Made by a program: the position numbers and the translations under genes
Part shown: in pieces, positions 9,562-17,542 of the stretch
Numbering within the stretch: position 1 is the first letter of the stretch
Layout of the letters: every line of letters begins with the position of its first letter
Notes under the pieces: generated by a model
Seen by the model: the letters and a program-made list of their open reading frames with translations, nothing else
Database searches by the model: none
What the model was told of the DNA's origin: nothing
Assembly (NCBI GenBank): GCA_964591015.1
Contig: CAZPXM010000006.1
Span: 1-63,304 of the forward strand
Origin: an uncultured Gemmatimonadaceae bacterium
GTDB taxonomy: Bacteria > Latescibacterota > UBA2968 > UBA8231
Length of the DNA stretch: 63,304 nucleotides
Direction: 5' to 3'

Positions 9562-10119
9562 CTACACGCGCTCGACGTAGTTGCCCGTGCGGGTGTCGAT
9601 CTTGAGCACGTCGCCCTCGTTGATGAACAGCGGCACCTGCACCTGGTGCCCGGTCTCCAGAACGGCGGGCTTCACGGCTCCTGTCGCGGTGTCGCCGCGC
9701 AGTCCGGGCTCCGTGCGGGCGACCCGCAACTGGACGAAGTTGGGCAGCTCCACCCCGATCGGCTTCTCGAGCGCGATGAGCACGTAGGCCGTCTCGTTCT
9801 CCTTGAGCAGGCTGGCCTGCTCGCCGACGAGCTCGCCGGGGACGCTCATCTGCTCGTACGTGTCCAGATCCATGAAATGGAACAGCTCGCCGTCGCGGTA
9901 GAGGAACTGCATCTCCCGCTTCTCCAGCCGCACCTCCTCGACCTTGTCCCCCGAGCGGAAGGTGCGGTCCAGCACCGCGCCCGTCCGGACGTTCCGGAGC
10001 TTGGTGCGCACGAAGGCGCTGCCCTTGCCCGGCTTCACGTGCTGGAACTCGACGATCTGCAGGAACTCGCCGTCCAGCAGCATCGTGAAGCCGTTGCGGA
10101 AGTCCGTGGTGTCGGCCAT
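9562..10119 (-). CDS. efp: Elongation factor P
   Basis: FQHVKPGKGSAFVRTKLRN, RGDTATG and VPLFINEGD..IDTRTGNYVER. Confidence 0.98.
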   Translation of the reverse strand: MADTTDFRNGFTMLLDGEFLQIVEFQHVKPGKGSAFVRTKLRNVRTGAVLDRTFRSGDKVEEVRLEKREMQFLYRDGELFHFMDLDTYEQMSVPGELVGEQASLLKENETAYVLIALEKPIGVELPNFVQLRVARTEPGLRGDTATGAVKPAVLETGHQVQVPLFINEGDVLKIDTRTGNYVERV

Positions 10120-10123
10120 CTGT

Positions 10124-11194
10124 TCAGCACCTCTTCTCCGATGGTGGTCCGTCTGTGGCAGGGCCCTGGGCGCGCAGTGCGGCCAGCTTGGCCTGCCACT
10201 GCTCGTTGGCCGGGTCCTTCGTCAACAGAAACTCGTACACGCGCGCCGCGTGCTCGGTCAGTCCCTGGCGCTCGCAGATCGCCGCGAGCGTTGCGGTGGC
10301 GAGGGCCGGAATGAAGCCCGCCACCGCCGCCGGCGGTGCGCCCGGCTCGACACTGCCGTCGCTGCCGGGCGCGCCCGTCGCCGTCCCGGCCGGCTGCGCG
10401 GGCGCTCCCTGGATCTCGGTCAGCACGTGCGCGACCTGTTCGTCGTGCAGCGGCAGCGGCTGCTCGTCGGCGCTCGCTGCCGGCCGGCCGGGCTCGCGGG
10501 CGAGGGGCGCCGCAGCCACGGGCGCCACGCCGGCCTGGCAGGGAGCGCGGAACCCGTCAGCCGACTGGGCAGCCTCGGGCTCCACGCCGCCGACCGCGGC
10601 TCCCGCAGGCGCCAGGTCGGGGAACTCGGCCGCAGGCGCCGGCGCAGCCGCAGCCCCGGCCGCTGGCTCGTCGGCGACCTCGCGCTCGGGCGCTGCATCC
10701 CCGGCGCCAGCGCGGTCGCGCATGGCGGCCTGGATCTCCTGCTCGCGCGGCAGCTCGTCGTACGGGACCACCCTCGCGCCGACTTCCTCGAGGCGCGCCG
10801 TGTAGGTCAGCTCGTCGAGCCGCGAGCGGGCCTCCTCATCGAACGGATCCAGGCTGCTGGCCTGCGCCAGCAGCTCGCGCACCGATCGCTCGTCACCGAG
10901 CCGCTGCTGCAACGCCGCCAGGCGCTTGAGCGCCGCCGGGCTGTGCGGGTCGAGCTCCAGAGCCCGGCGGAGAGCCTCGCGCGCTGCTGCGGGGTCGTCC
11001 AGCGCTTCCAGACAACGGCCGAGGACCGCGTGACCGGGCGCGTACTCCGGGAAGCGCGCGCACCCCCCGCGGCACAGCTCGGCAGCGCGCTGGAGCAGAC
11101 CGCGCTGCAGGTACCGCTCTGCCAGCCGGGCGAACAGCGGCAGCTCTGGGTGCTGCCGAAATGCCTTCTCCAGTGTGGCGAGTCGTTCGGCCAT
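10124..11194 (-). CDS. TPR-repeat protein with a long low-complexity acidic/Pro-Ala linker
   Basis: N-terminal TPR-like helices (FARLAERYL..FPEYAPGHAVLGRCL..ALELDPHS); C-terminal ATATLAAICERQG..ARVYE..DPAN motif. Confidence 0.8.
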   Translation of the reverse strand: MAERLATLEKAFRQHPELPLFARLAERYLQRGLLQRAAELCRGGCARFPEYAPGHAVLGRCLEALDDPAAAREALRRALELDPHSPAALKRLAALQQRLGDERSVRELLAQASSLDPFDEEARSRLDELTYTARLEEVGARVVPYDELPREQEIQAAMRDRAGAGDAAPEREVADEPAAGAAAAPAPAAEFPDLAPAGAAVGGVEPEAAQSADGFRAPCQAGVAPVAAAPLAREPGRPAASADEQPLPLHDEQVAHVLTEIQGAPAQPAGTATGAPGSDGSVEPGAPPAAVAGFIPALATATLAAICERQGLTEHAARVYEFLLTKDPANEQWQAKLAALRAQGPATDGPPSEKRC

Positions 11195-11227
11195 GAGCTG
11201 CCAGGCGCCGGGCTGTGTGAGGACGAG

Positions 11228-11256
11228 ATTCTAGGCCACCGAACCACGAAAGTCAA
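11228..11256 (-). promoter_or_regulatory. sigma70 promoter for TPR-efp-accB-accC-gcvH
   Basis: Minus strand TTGACT-N17-TAGAAT, about 35 nt upstream of the TPR gene start. Confidence 0.7.
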
Positions 11257-11325
11257 GGCGCTGCACGATGTTGGCCAGATCCGGGGCAGCCGCGATGCTG
11301 GACCTGGCCGCGGCGGCGCGGCAGC

Positions 11326-11354
11326 TTGACAACCCGTGGCGCGCAGTTTAGTTT
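11326..11354 (+). promoter_or_regulatory. sigma70 promoter for tRNA-Lys
   Basis: TTGACA-N17-TAGTTT ending 22 nt before the tRNA. Confidence 0.7.
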
Positions 11355-11376
11355 CACCGCCCAATTCCGGACGGGA

Positions 11377-11452
<76 letters not shown>

Positions 11453-11458
11453 GCACAG

Positions 11459-11503
11459 GACAAGGGCTTGCGGCGGATTCGGCGAGGCCGCGGGCCCTTT
11501 GTC
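11459..11503. terminator. Stem-loop between tRNA-Lys and the convergent ECF ATPase gene (probable terminator)
   Basis: GACAAGGGCTTGCGGC ... GCCGCGGGCCCTTTGTC imperfect inverted repeat. Confidence 0.6.
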
Positions 11504-11536
11504 GTCCGGGTCTCCCGCGCCGCAGCCACCCGCGCA

Positions 11537-12244
11537 TCACTGCAGACCCCAGGCCTCCAGGTCCTGTTCGCGCTCCAGCAGGGGCAGGAGCTGCCCGTCG
11601 TACGTCAGGCGCTTCTCCAGCAGCACCAGGGCACGATCGCACGTGCGCCGGGCGAAGTCGAGGTTGTGGGTGGCCACCAGCTGCGTGCCGTCCAGTCCTC
11701 TCAGGAGGTGCGCCAACTCCCGCCGTCCCCTCGGATCGAGGCTGCTGGTGGGCTCGTCCATCAGGAGGACGGTGGGTTCCATGGAGAGCACAGCCGCGAG
11801 CGCCGCCCGCCGCTTCTCTCCCAGGCTCAGATGATGGGCAGGCCGGTGCGCCAGGTGCGCGATGCCGGCCTGAGCCAGCGCCGACATCGCCCGCTGGTGC
11901 GCCGCTTCGGGCGCCACGCCCAGGTTCGCAGGGCCGAAGGTCACGTCCTCCAGCACACTGGGGCAGAATAGCTGGTCATCGGGATCCTGGAAGAGGATGC
12001 CCACGCGCCGGCGAACCTCGGGGAGATTGCGCCGGTTCACGGGCAGGCCATCGATCTCGAGCGTGCCGCTGCCGCGCAGCATGCCTGCCAGGAGCAGGAG
12101 CAGGGTGGACTTCCCGGCACCGTTCGCTCCCAGGAGCGCCACCCGCTCGCCTGCCTGCAGCCGGAACGTGACGTGCTCCAGGCCAGCCGTGCCGTCGGGG
12201 TACCGGTAGCTCAGTTCGCGCGCATCCACGGCGGCAGCGCTCAC
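11537..12244 (-). CDS. ECF Ni/Co transporter ATPase (NikO/CbiO)
   Basis: GTG start overlapping the T-component stop; GANGAGKST, FQDPDDQLF, LSLGEKRR, MDEPT. Confidence 0.93.
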   Translation of the reverse strand: MSAAAVDARELSYRYPDGTAGLEHVTFRLQAGERVALLGANGAGKSTLLLLLAGMLRGSGTLEIDGLPVNRRNLPEVRRRVGILFQDPDDQLFCPSVLEDVTFGPANLGVAPEAAHQRAMSALAQAGIAHLAHRPAHHLSLGEKRRAALAAVLSMEPTVLLMDEPTSSLDPRGRRELAHLLRGLDGTQLVATHNLDFARRTCDRALVLLEKRLTYDGQLLPLLEREQDLEAWGLQ

Positions 12245-12957
12245 GCGAGGAACCTCCAGACGGCGGCGGCAGCCAGCACGCTTCCAGCCGCCAGAAGCTG
12301 GCCGGTGGCGGGCCGCGGCAATGGAGGAGGAGGGGGCTCGCGGCCGTAGCCGCGGGCCGCCATGGCCAGGTGGACGCGTTCGCCGCGCTCGTAGGCCCGC
12401 AGGAACAGGACTCCCAGCATTCTTCCCAGGACTGGCGCGTGGGCCAGCCATCGCGCCTGGAAGCCGCGCGCCGTCAAGGCGCGGCGCATGCGCCAGAGCT
12501 CCTCGACGAAGACAAAGAAGAAGCGGTACGTGAGCCCTAGCAGGCGCACGAGAAGCGACGGCGCTCCCAGCCGGCGGAGGGCATCGAGGAGATCGGCGAA
12601 GCGGGAAGTCGAGGCCAGCACGGCCAGCATCGCGACGCCCAGGACGGACTTCAGGACCGCCGCCACATAGAGACGCCGGTGCAGGCGCGCTGTGCCAGGC
12701 AGCAGCCAGAACAGGGTGGTCATGGCCACGAAGGGAGCGACCAGCAGGAGCGCCGCCACGATCCTGCGGAACGGGAGCCTGGCGAGCAGGAGCAGCAAGC
12801 CCCACAGCAGGCCGAAGCCGACGAATGCCCTGGCGTCCTGCGCCGGAATCGAGACCGCCAGCAGCAGCAAGCCGAGCGCGGTCACGATCTTCAGGCGAGG
12901 GTCCAGGCGGTGGAGGGGACCGCTCCGGTAGGCGAGACTCTCCCAGTACTGACTCAA
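12241..12957 (-). CDS. ECF Ni/Co transporter T component (NikQ/CbiQ); start approximate
   Basis: LHRLDPRLK, YRFFFVFVEE..RM.RAL.ARGF and LFLRAYERGERVHLAMAARGY (two ARG motifs). Confidence 0.9.
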   Translation of the reverse strand: MSQYWESLAYRSGPLHRLDPRLKIVTALGLLLLAVSIPAQDARAFVGFGLLWGLLLLLARLPFRRIVAALLLVAPFVAMTTLFWLLPGTARLHRRLYVAAVLKSVLGVAMLAVLASTSRFADLLDALRRLGAPSLLVRLLGLTYRFFFVFVEELWRMRRALTARGFQARWLAHAPVLGRMLGVLFLRAYERGERVHLAMAARGYGREPPPPPLPRPATGQLLAAGSVLAAAAVWRFLA

Positions 12958-13048
12958 GCCGATCGCTCTGGATGAAGAGCCGGTGCTCGCGCCCGCGTCC
13001 CCCTGGGGGTACCTACCGGTCGCCACGCTCGCGGCTGGGCGGGCGCTG

Positions 13049-13339
13049 CTACCGTCGGCGGAGAAACCTGGCCACGCTCCACCCCGCCCCGAACACGAGC
13101 AGCGTGCCGACAAGACCTGCCAGCCCGGTCGCCAACCTCTCTGACTCGACCCCCGGCAGGATGTAGTCCGGGATTGGCGCCTGCAGCGGCGGTTCCCCCT
13201 CGCTCAAGTGCAGGAAGCCCCTTGCCTCGGCCACCCATTCCAGGCCATCGGGACGCGACGAGGCGAACGGCGAGAGAAGCAAGGCGAGGAGCACCGACAC
13301 GGCAAGGGCGGGCAAGAGGAAGCGAACGTTCCGGTTCAT
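13049..13339 (-). CDS. PDGLE-domain protein (NikN-like accessory membrane subunit)
   Basis: SPFASSRPDGLEWVA and APIPDY motifs, two TM segments; ATGA overlap with the nikM stop. Confidence 0.92.
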   Translation of the reverse strand: MNRNVRFLLPALAVSVLLALLLSPFASSRPDGLEWVAEARGFLHLSEGEPPLQAPIPDYILPGVESERLATGLAGLVGTLLVFGAGWSVARFLRRR

Positions 13340-13980
13340 CGCGAGACCTCCCTCTCGGCCGGCAGATCCGGTCGCGACGAATACACCGCCGCCAACACCG
13401 CCATCGTGATGAGGGCTTCGCCGACGCCGATGATGGCATGCACTCCCGCCATGGCGGGCAGAGCGGCACCGAGCGGCGCAGTTCCCGAGAAGGCCAGCTC
13501 TGCGGCGCACGCCGAGGCGGCCAGCACGATGGAGGCCCAGGCTGCCCCGGCCACGGCCGCCATGAGCCCGGCCCGGTTCTGCGGCAGCAACCGCCTCAGT
13601 ACCCGCAGGATGCCCCATCCGGCCAGACACCCGAGAACGGCCATGTTGAAGACATTGGTCCCGAGAGCGGTCAGCCCACCGTCACCGAAGAGCAGGCATT
13701 GCAGGATCACCACCAGCGACAGGGCGATCATGCCGTTCCAGGGTCCCAGGAGCACAGCCGCGAGGACAGCTCCCAGAAAGTGGCCGCTGGTGCCGGCTGC
13801 CACCGGGAAGTTCAGCATCTGGGCGGCGAAGATGAAGGCCGCGGTGACGGCCAGGAGCGGCACCTGCTTCTCCTCCAGGGTGTCCTTGGCGCGTGCCAGG
13901 GCGGTCCCGACCGCCGCGGTCGAGACCACGGCCCCAGCCAGGTTCACCGGGGCACTCATGAAGCCATCGGGAACGTGCAT
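13336..13980 (-). CDS. ECF metal transporter substrate-binding component (NikM/CbiM family, NikM-like)
   Basis: N-terminal MHVPDGF, AFIFAAQMLNFPV..GTSGH and LLFGDGGLTALGTNVFNM. Confidence 0.94.
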   Translation of the reverse strand: MHVPDGFMSAPVNLAGAVVSTAAVGTALARAKDTLEEKQVPLLAVTAAFIFAAQMLNFPVAAGTSGHFLGAVLAAVLLGPWNGMIALSLVVILQCLLFGDGGLTALGTNVFNMAVLGCLAGWGILRVLRRLLPQNRAGLMAAVAGAAWASIVLAASACAAELAFSGTAPLGAALPAMAGVHAIIGVGEALITMAVLAAVYSSRPDLPAEREVSR

Positions 13981-14810
13981 CAGCGGACTCCTCTCGGTGA
14001 GAACTCGCGGACCCAGGAGAACTGACAGGCGATTCCGGCATCCGTATTGCGACCGGCGACTACCGGACTCGCGCCGAGCTGGAACCGTCCGGCGTTCTCC
14101 GTGGGGAACAACACGCCGACAGTCAGCGCCATGGCGCTCGAGGAGGCCCCGGCGAACGAATCCCGCGACCAGTTGGCCTCGACGATGGGGAGGACGCCAG
14201 GAGCCGCCTGCCAACCGATCGCGAGGTTCACCGTGGCGGTGCCCTCGTACTCCTCCGCCCCGCTGCCCATCCCGATCGTGTAGCCCGCCTCCAGGTTCGC
14301 CGGGAGTGGACCGAGCGCACGCTGATAGAGCAGCGAGATCCCCGCAGAGGTGTAGCCCTGGGTAGTCCCGGCGTTGCCATCGGAGGCCTCGGTTCCGATC
14401 GGCAGGAGGAGGGCGGGCAACAGGGCGACGGCCCAGGCGTCGGTTCCGGCCAGACGCCAGCGGCCGCTCAGTGCGAGATCGGTGATGCCCGAGGCTTCAG
14501 CTGGGTTGGCTTCCCGGTCGCGCGCGCGGGTGTAGCCCAGCCCCGCCGCCACGTCGAGACCTGCGCTCACGCCGGCCGTGAGCCCCACGGACATGACATG
14601 CTCGGTCAGGCGTTGCCGGTCCACGGTGTGCCGATCGTCGGCGAAGCTCTTCCGCGCCTCGCAGAAGTCGTACGCAACGCAGACCTCGACTGCCCCGGGG
14701 TCGATGACACCGGCGTCAGATGTGTTCAGCTTGGCGAACTCCGGCTCGGTCGCGTGTGCCGCAGAAGCGAGGAGCGCGAGCGACAGGAGGATGGGCTGTG
14801 CCTTGGGCAT
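13980..14810 (-). CDS. Exported probable outer-membrane beta-barrel channel, first gene of the nik operon
   Basis: Signal peptide ending AAHA, alternating beta-strand pattern (GITDLALSGRWRL, LLPALLLPIG); stop codon abuts the nikM ATG. Confidence 0.65.
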   Translation of the reverse strand: MPKAQPILLSLALLASAAHATEPEFAKLNTSDAGVIDPGAVEVCVAYDFCEARKSFADDRHTVDRQRLTEHVMSVGLTAGVSAGLDVAAGLGYTRARDREANPAEASGITDLALSGRWRLAGTDAWAVALLPALLLPIGTEASDGNAGTTQGYTSAGISLLYQRALGPLPANLEAGYTIGMGSGAEEYEGTATVNLAIGWQAAPGVLPIVEANWSRDSFAGASSSAMALTVGVLFPTENAGRFQLGASPVVAGRNTDAGIACQFSWVREFSPRGVR

Positions 14811-14831
14811 CGAACGAGTTCCTTGGGGCCA

Positions 14832-14897
14832 GTGTTACGAGGCCGTCCGAGATGCCATTGCCGGCACAAGAGTAACACCAGCTCTTGGCGGCTGCAA
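14832..14897 (-). promoter_or_regulatory. Promoter with NikR-like operator half-sites
   Basis: Minus strand TTGCAG-N17-TACTCT; plus strand GTGTTAC-N13-ATGCCAT-N13-GTAACAC (14832-14878) overlapping the -10. Confidence 0.6.
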
Positions 14898-15046
14898 GCC
14901 CGCGCTGGCACCAGCATGCGCTCGCTGTCGGCATTCTGGCTGGCTCGACCTGAGTTCGTGGAGCGCGCCAGGCCGCTGGCGAGCCGGAGACCCGCGCGCC
15001 CGAGCGGCTGCGTGCCGAACAGCACGGCAGCACTGACCAGGACGGG

Positions 15047-17059
15047 CTACCTGCCATCCTCCTCCAGCAGCGCCAGGATGTTCACCGCGATGACGTCGGG
15101 CATGATGCCCATGCCGCCGTACTTGCCGGTGGTGCTGTTGTGCGTGTCGGCGAAGCACATGTCGAGCTTGCCCTGGCGGTAGAGGGCCACCGTGTCCGGG
15201 ATGTTGTGAGGGCGCCAGTCGTCGCGCCGGTGATCGATCAACCAGCGCAGGGCTGCGGTGGTGACACCTTCCTGATAGCGCCGCCAGTCGATGTCGGGAT
15301 CCACCTCGCGCCAGCGAATGCCGTGCTCCCGGGACAGGGCGAACGTCTCCAACACCTCCCACTGGACGTGATCGCGCACCCAGTTGGCGAAGAACCAGTC
15401 GCTGGCGCACAGGCACGGCTTGGTGTTGTAGAGCATGGGCATGCCGTCCGGTTCCCACAGATGGGTGAACGGCAGCAGAGAGCGGATCCAGTGCACGGCG
15501 CGCTCGTGGTACTGCGGCGCGCCGAAGTGCCTGGCGCCGAGCTGATAGGCCACGGCCGCGTGTCCGGCGGCGAGCAGATTCGGGGCATGGAGAGGCGTCT
15601 CCCAGTAGTCGCCGCCCTCGGGACGCTGCATGGGCAGGCAGAAATCGAGCGCCCGCCGAGCCGCGCCTGCCAGCTCTTCGTCGCCGGTGCGCGCCGCCAG
15701 GTCCAGCAACTCGAGGGCCGGCAGGACGGTGATGTCGAGCGCGGTGTCGCCTTCGAGTCCCATGGGCTCCAGATACGTGGTGGCGACCATGAAGTCGTCC
15801 TTGACGTAGTGGCGGCCGCGCGGATCGAACGAGAAGGAGCCGTCCTTGCGCTGCCAGCCGCAGATCTCGGCGCCCCGGCGCCGCAGCTCGGCGCGCGTGG
15901 GCGGGGCAACGGGATGCTGCCGGCGGCACCAGTCCACGCGCTCCTGCAGCTGGCGGGCCAGCTCGGTCCCGGGGTTGCGGGCGATGTACGGCGCGGCGAA
16001 CCGAGGCACGTGCGGCCCTACCGCATCGGGCCGCTGTTCCGTCCCGAACCCGCGCCCGGGGTGCCACAGGTGGGCCGCGTACGCGCCGGCGATGCGGTCC
16101 AGCGCCTCCGGCAGGGGCCAGCGGGCCTGGGGCGCGGGCAAGCCGTGGCGCTGCACCCAGTCGACCAGAACGGACAGGCTGTCGCCGCGCACGAGGAAGA
16201 CCTCGGCGTCGAAGTCCACGGGCTGGCCCACGTGCAGCTCGAGGGGCGGCTCGCGGTAGACCTGGTTCTCCTCGGCCTCGGTGGTCGCGTCCGGCACCAT
16301 GAGTCCCAGCAGGTGATGGTTGCGCCGGTCGACGAAGTTGGGCGAGGCGAACACGGGCTGGGGCCGGCAGCGGCGGTAGTTGAACCAACCGCTCGCCTCC
16401 TGCCGCGGGTCCCAGGCCAGGCCGATGCCCCAGCCGTCGCAGCTGAGCGCCAGCACAGGCGCGGTCACCTTGTTGGGATGCGGGACCACGCGCAGGGCCC
16501 AGGGATCCTTGAACCAGTCCGTGCCGCTCGACCATTCCTCGCCCACCAGCCACTCGACGCCCGGCAGCATGCCGTCGGTCTTGCGTGCGCCGAACGAGCC
16601 CTCGCCGACCTTCAGCCAGGGTCCGCGCACATAGCGGGCATACTGATTGGCCTGCGAGACGAGGCGGTAGGACAGGCGCACGAGCGGCCGCCGCGCATCC
16701 AGCGTGACGACCACCTCTCCGGTCATGCAGTGCCTCTCCAGCGGATAGTTCAGCCACGGCTCGAAAGACGTCCCGGCCAGCTTCTCCTTGACGATGAGCG
16801 ACGCCACGGCGAAGCGGACAGCCTGGCCCGCGGCGCTGCTGCTCCGCACCGCGGCCGGCGCTTCCAGGCGCATGGGGATCTCCTGGTCGCGCACCAGCAG
16901 TTCGCCGAGATGGTCGAGGACAGCCATGCAGGTGCCGTCGGGGGCGAAGATCTCCATCCAGCCCCAGCCGGTGACGCGCTTGTGCACCTCCAGCCGGATG
17001 CTGCCGTTGTCCAGGGCGAGGCTCTCGCCAGCATAGGTGGCGTGTCGGTATGCGGGCAT
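15047..17059 (-). CDS. Uncharacterised 670-aa protein, probably a beta-rich N-domain plus a helical (alpha/alpha) barrel
   Basis: AGGAGA RBS before the ATG at 17059; strong GC3 coding bias; Trp/aromatic-rich; QRPEGGDYWETPLHAPNLLAAG motif; no recognised family. Confidence 0.8.
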   Translation of the reverse strand: MPAYRHATYAGESLALDNGSIRLEVHKRVTGWGWMEIFAPDGTCMAVLDHLGELLVRDQEIPMRLEAPAAVRSSSAAGQAVRFAVASLIVKEKLAGTSFEPWLNYPLERHCMTGEVVVTLDARRPLVRLSYRLVSQANQYARYVRGPWLKVGEGSFGARKTDGMLPGVEWLVGEEWSSGTDWFKDPWALRVVPHPNKVTAPVLALSCDGWGIGLAWDPRQEASGWFNYRRCRPQPVFASPNFVDRRNHHLLGLMVPDATTEAEENQVYREPPLELHVGQPVDFDAEVFLVRGDSLSVLVDWVQRHGLPAPQARWPLPEALDRIAGAYAAHLWHPGRGFGTEQRPDAVGPHVPRFAAPYIARNPGTELARQLQERVDWCRRQHPVAPPTRAELRRRGAEICGWQRKDGSFSFDPRGRHYVKDDFMVATTYLEPMGLEGDTALDITVLPALELLDLAARTGDEELAGAARRALDFCLPMQRPEGGDYWETPLHAPNLLAAGHAAVAYQLGARHFGAPQYHERAVHWIRSLLPFTHLWEPDGMPMLYNTKPCLCASDWFFANWVRDHVQWEVLETFALSREHGIRWREVDPDIDWRRYQEGVTTAALRWLIDHRRDDWRPHNIPDTVALYRQGKLDMCFADTHNSTTGKYGGMGIMPDVIAVNILALLEEDGR

Positions 17060-17542
17060 CTCGGGTCTCCTCGGTGTCGTTCCGGTCACGGCGGACGCCG
17101 GGGCGGGAACCTCGCTGCCGCACTGGCCAGCCGCGTCCGGCGCGGTTCCGCCTGCGCCAACCAACCGCGGTCCGCAGCGAGTGTCAACCCGGTTTCGGGT
17201 AGCGCACCGGGCCGTGCGCGTCGCCGTGCACGACGGCGCTGCGGATGGCGAAGCAGATCCTTTGCCTGCATCCGGGGCGGGGCGTACCTTGCCATGGCAA
17301 GCGAGTGTCCGTGCCCCGGGGTGGGAGTGCCCGGCTGGCGCGCCGGTGTACGGCGCGCACGGCGGGCACCCTCCGCGGCTGGCCGCAACCGCCCGGCGCG
17401 GCGCCGGCAGGGCGTGGCCTGCGGCACGGTGCGGAGGTCTTGCCGCGTTCGGCGCAACCGGGCGGGTGCGGGCGACCGGGACAGCAGAGCGCCCCGCCGC
17501 CCGGCGCGGCGCCATGATTGTCCTGCGGAAAAGGAGCCGAGC

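Noticed and set aside
14811-15046. Cobalamin riboswitch upstream of the metal ECF operon
   Set aside because: No B12-box or other conserved riboswitch elements are recognisable, and the putative promoter leaves only a short leader; a NikR-like operator fits better.
15140-17542. Apparent 1766-aa giant protein (N-terminal extension of GH38)
   Set aside because: The first roughly 800 codons are antisense to the 15047-17059 gene plus intergenic DNA; a clear AAGGAG RBS marks the real start at 17543.
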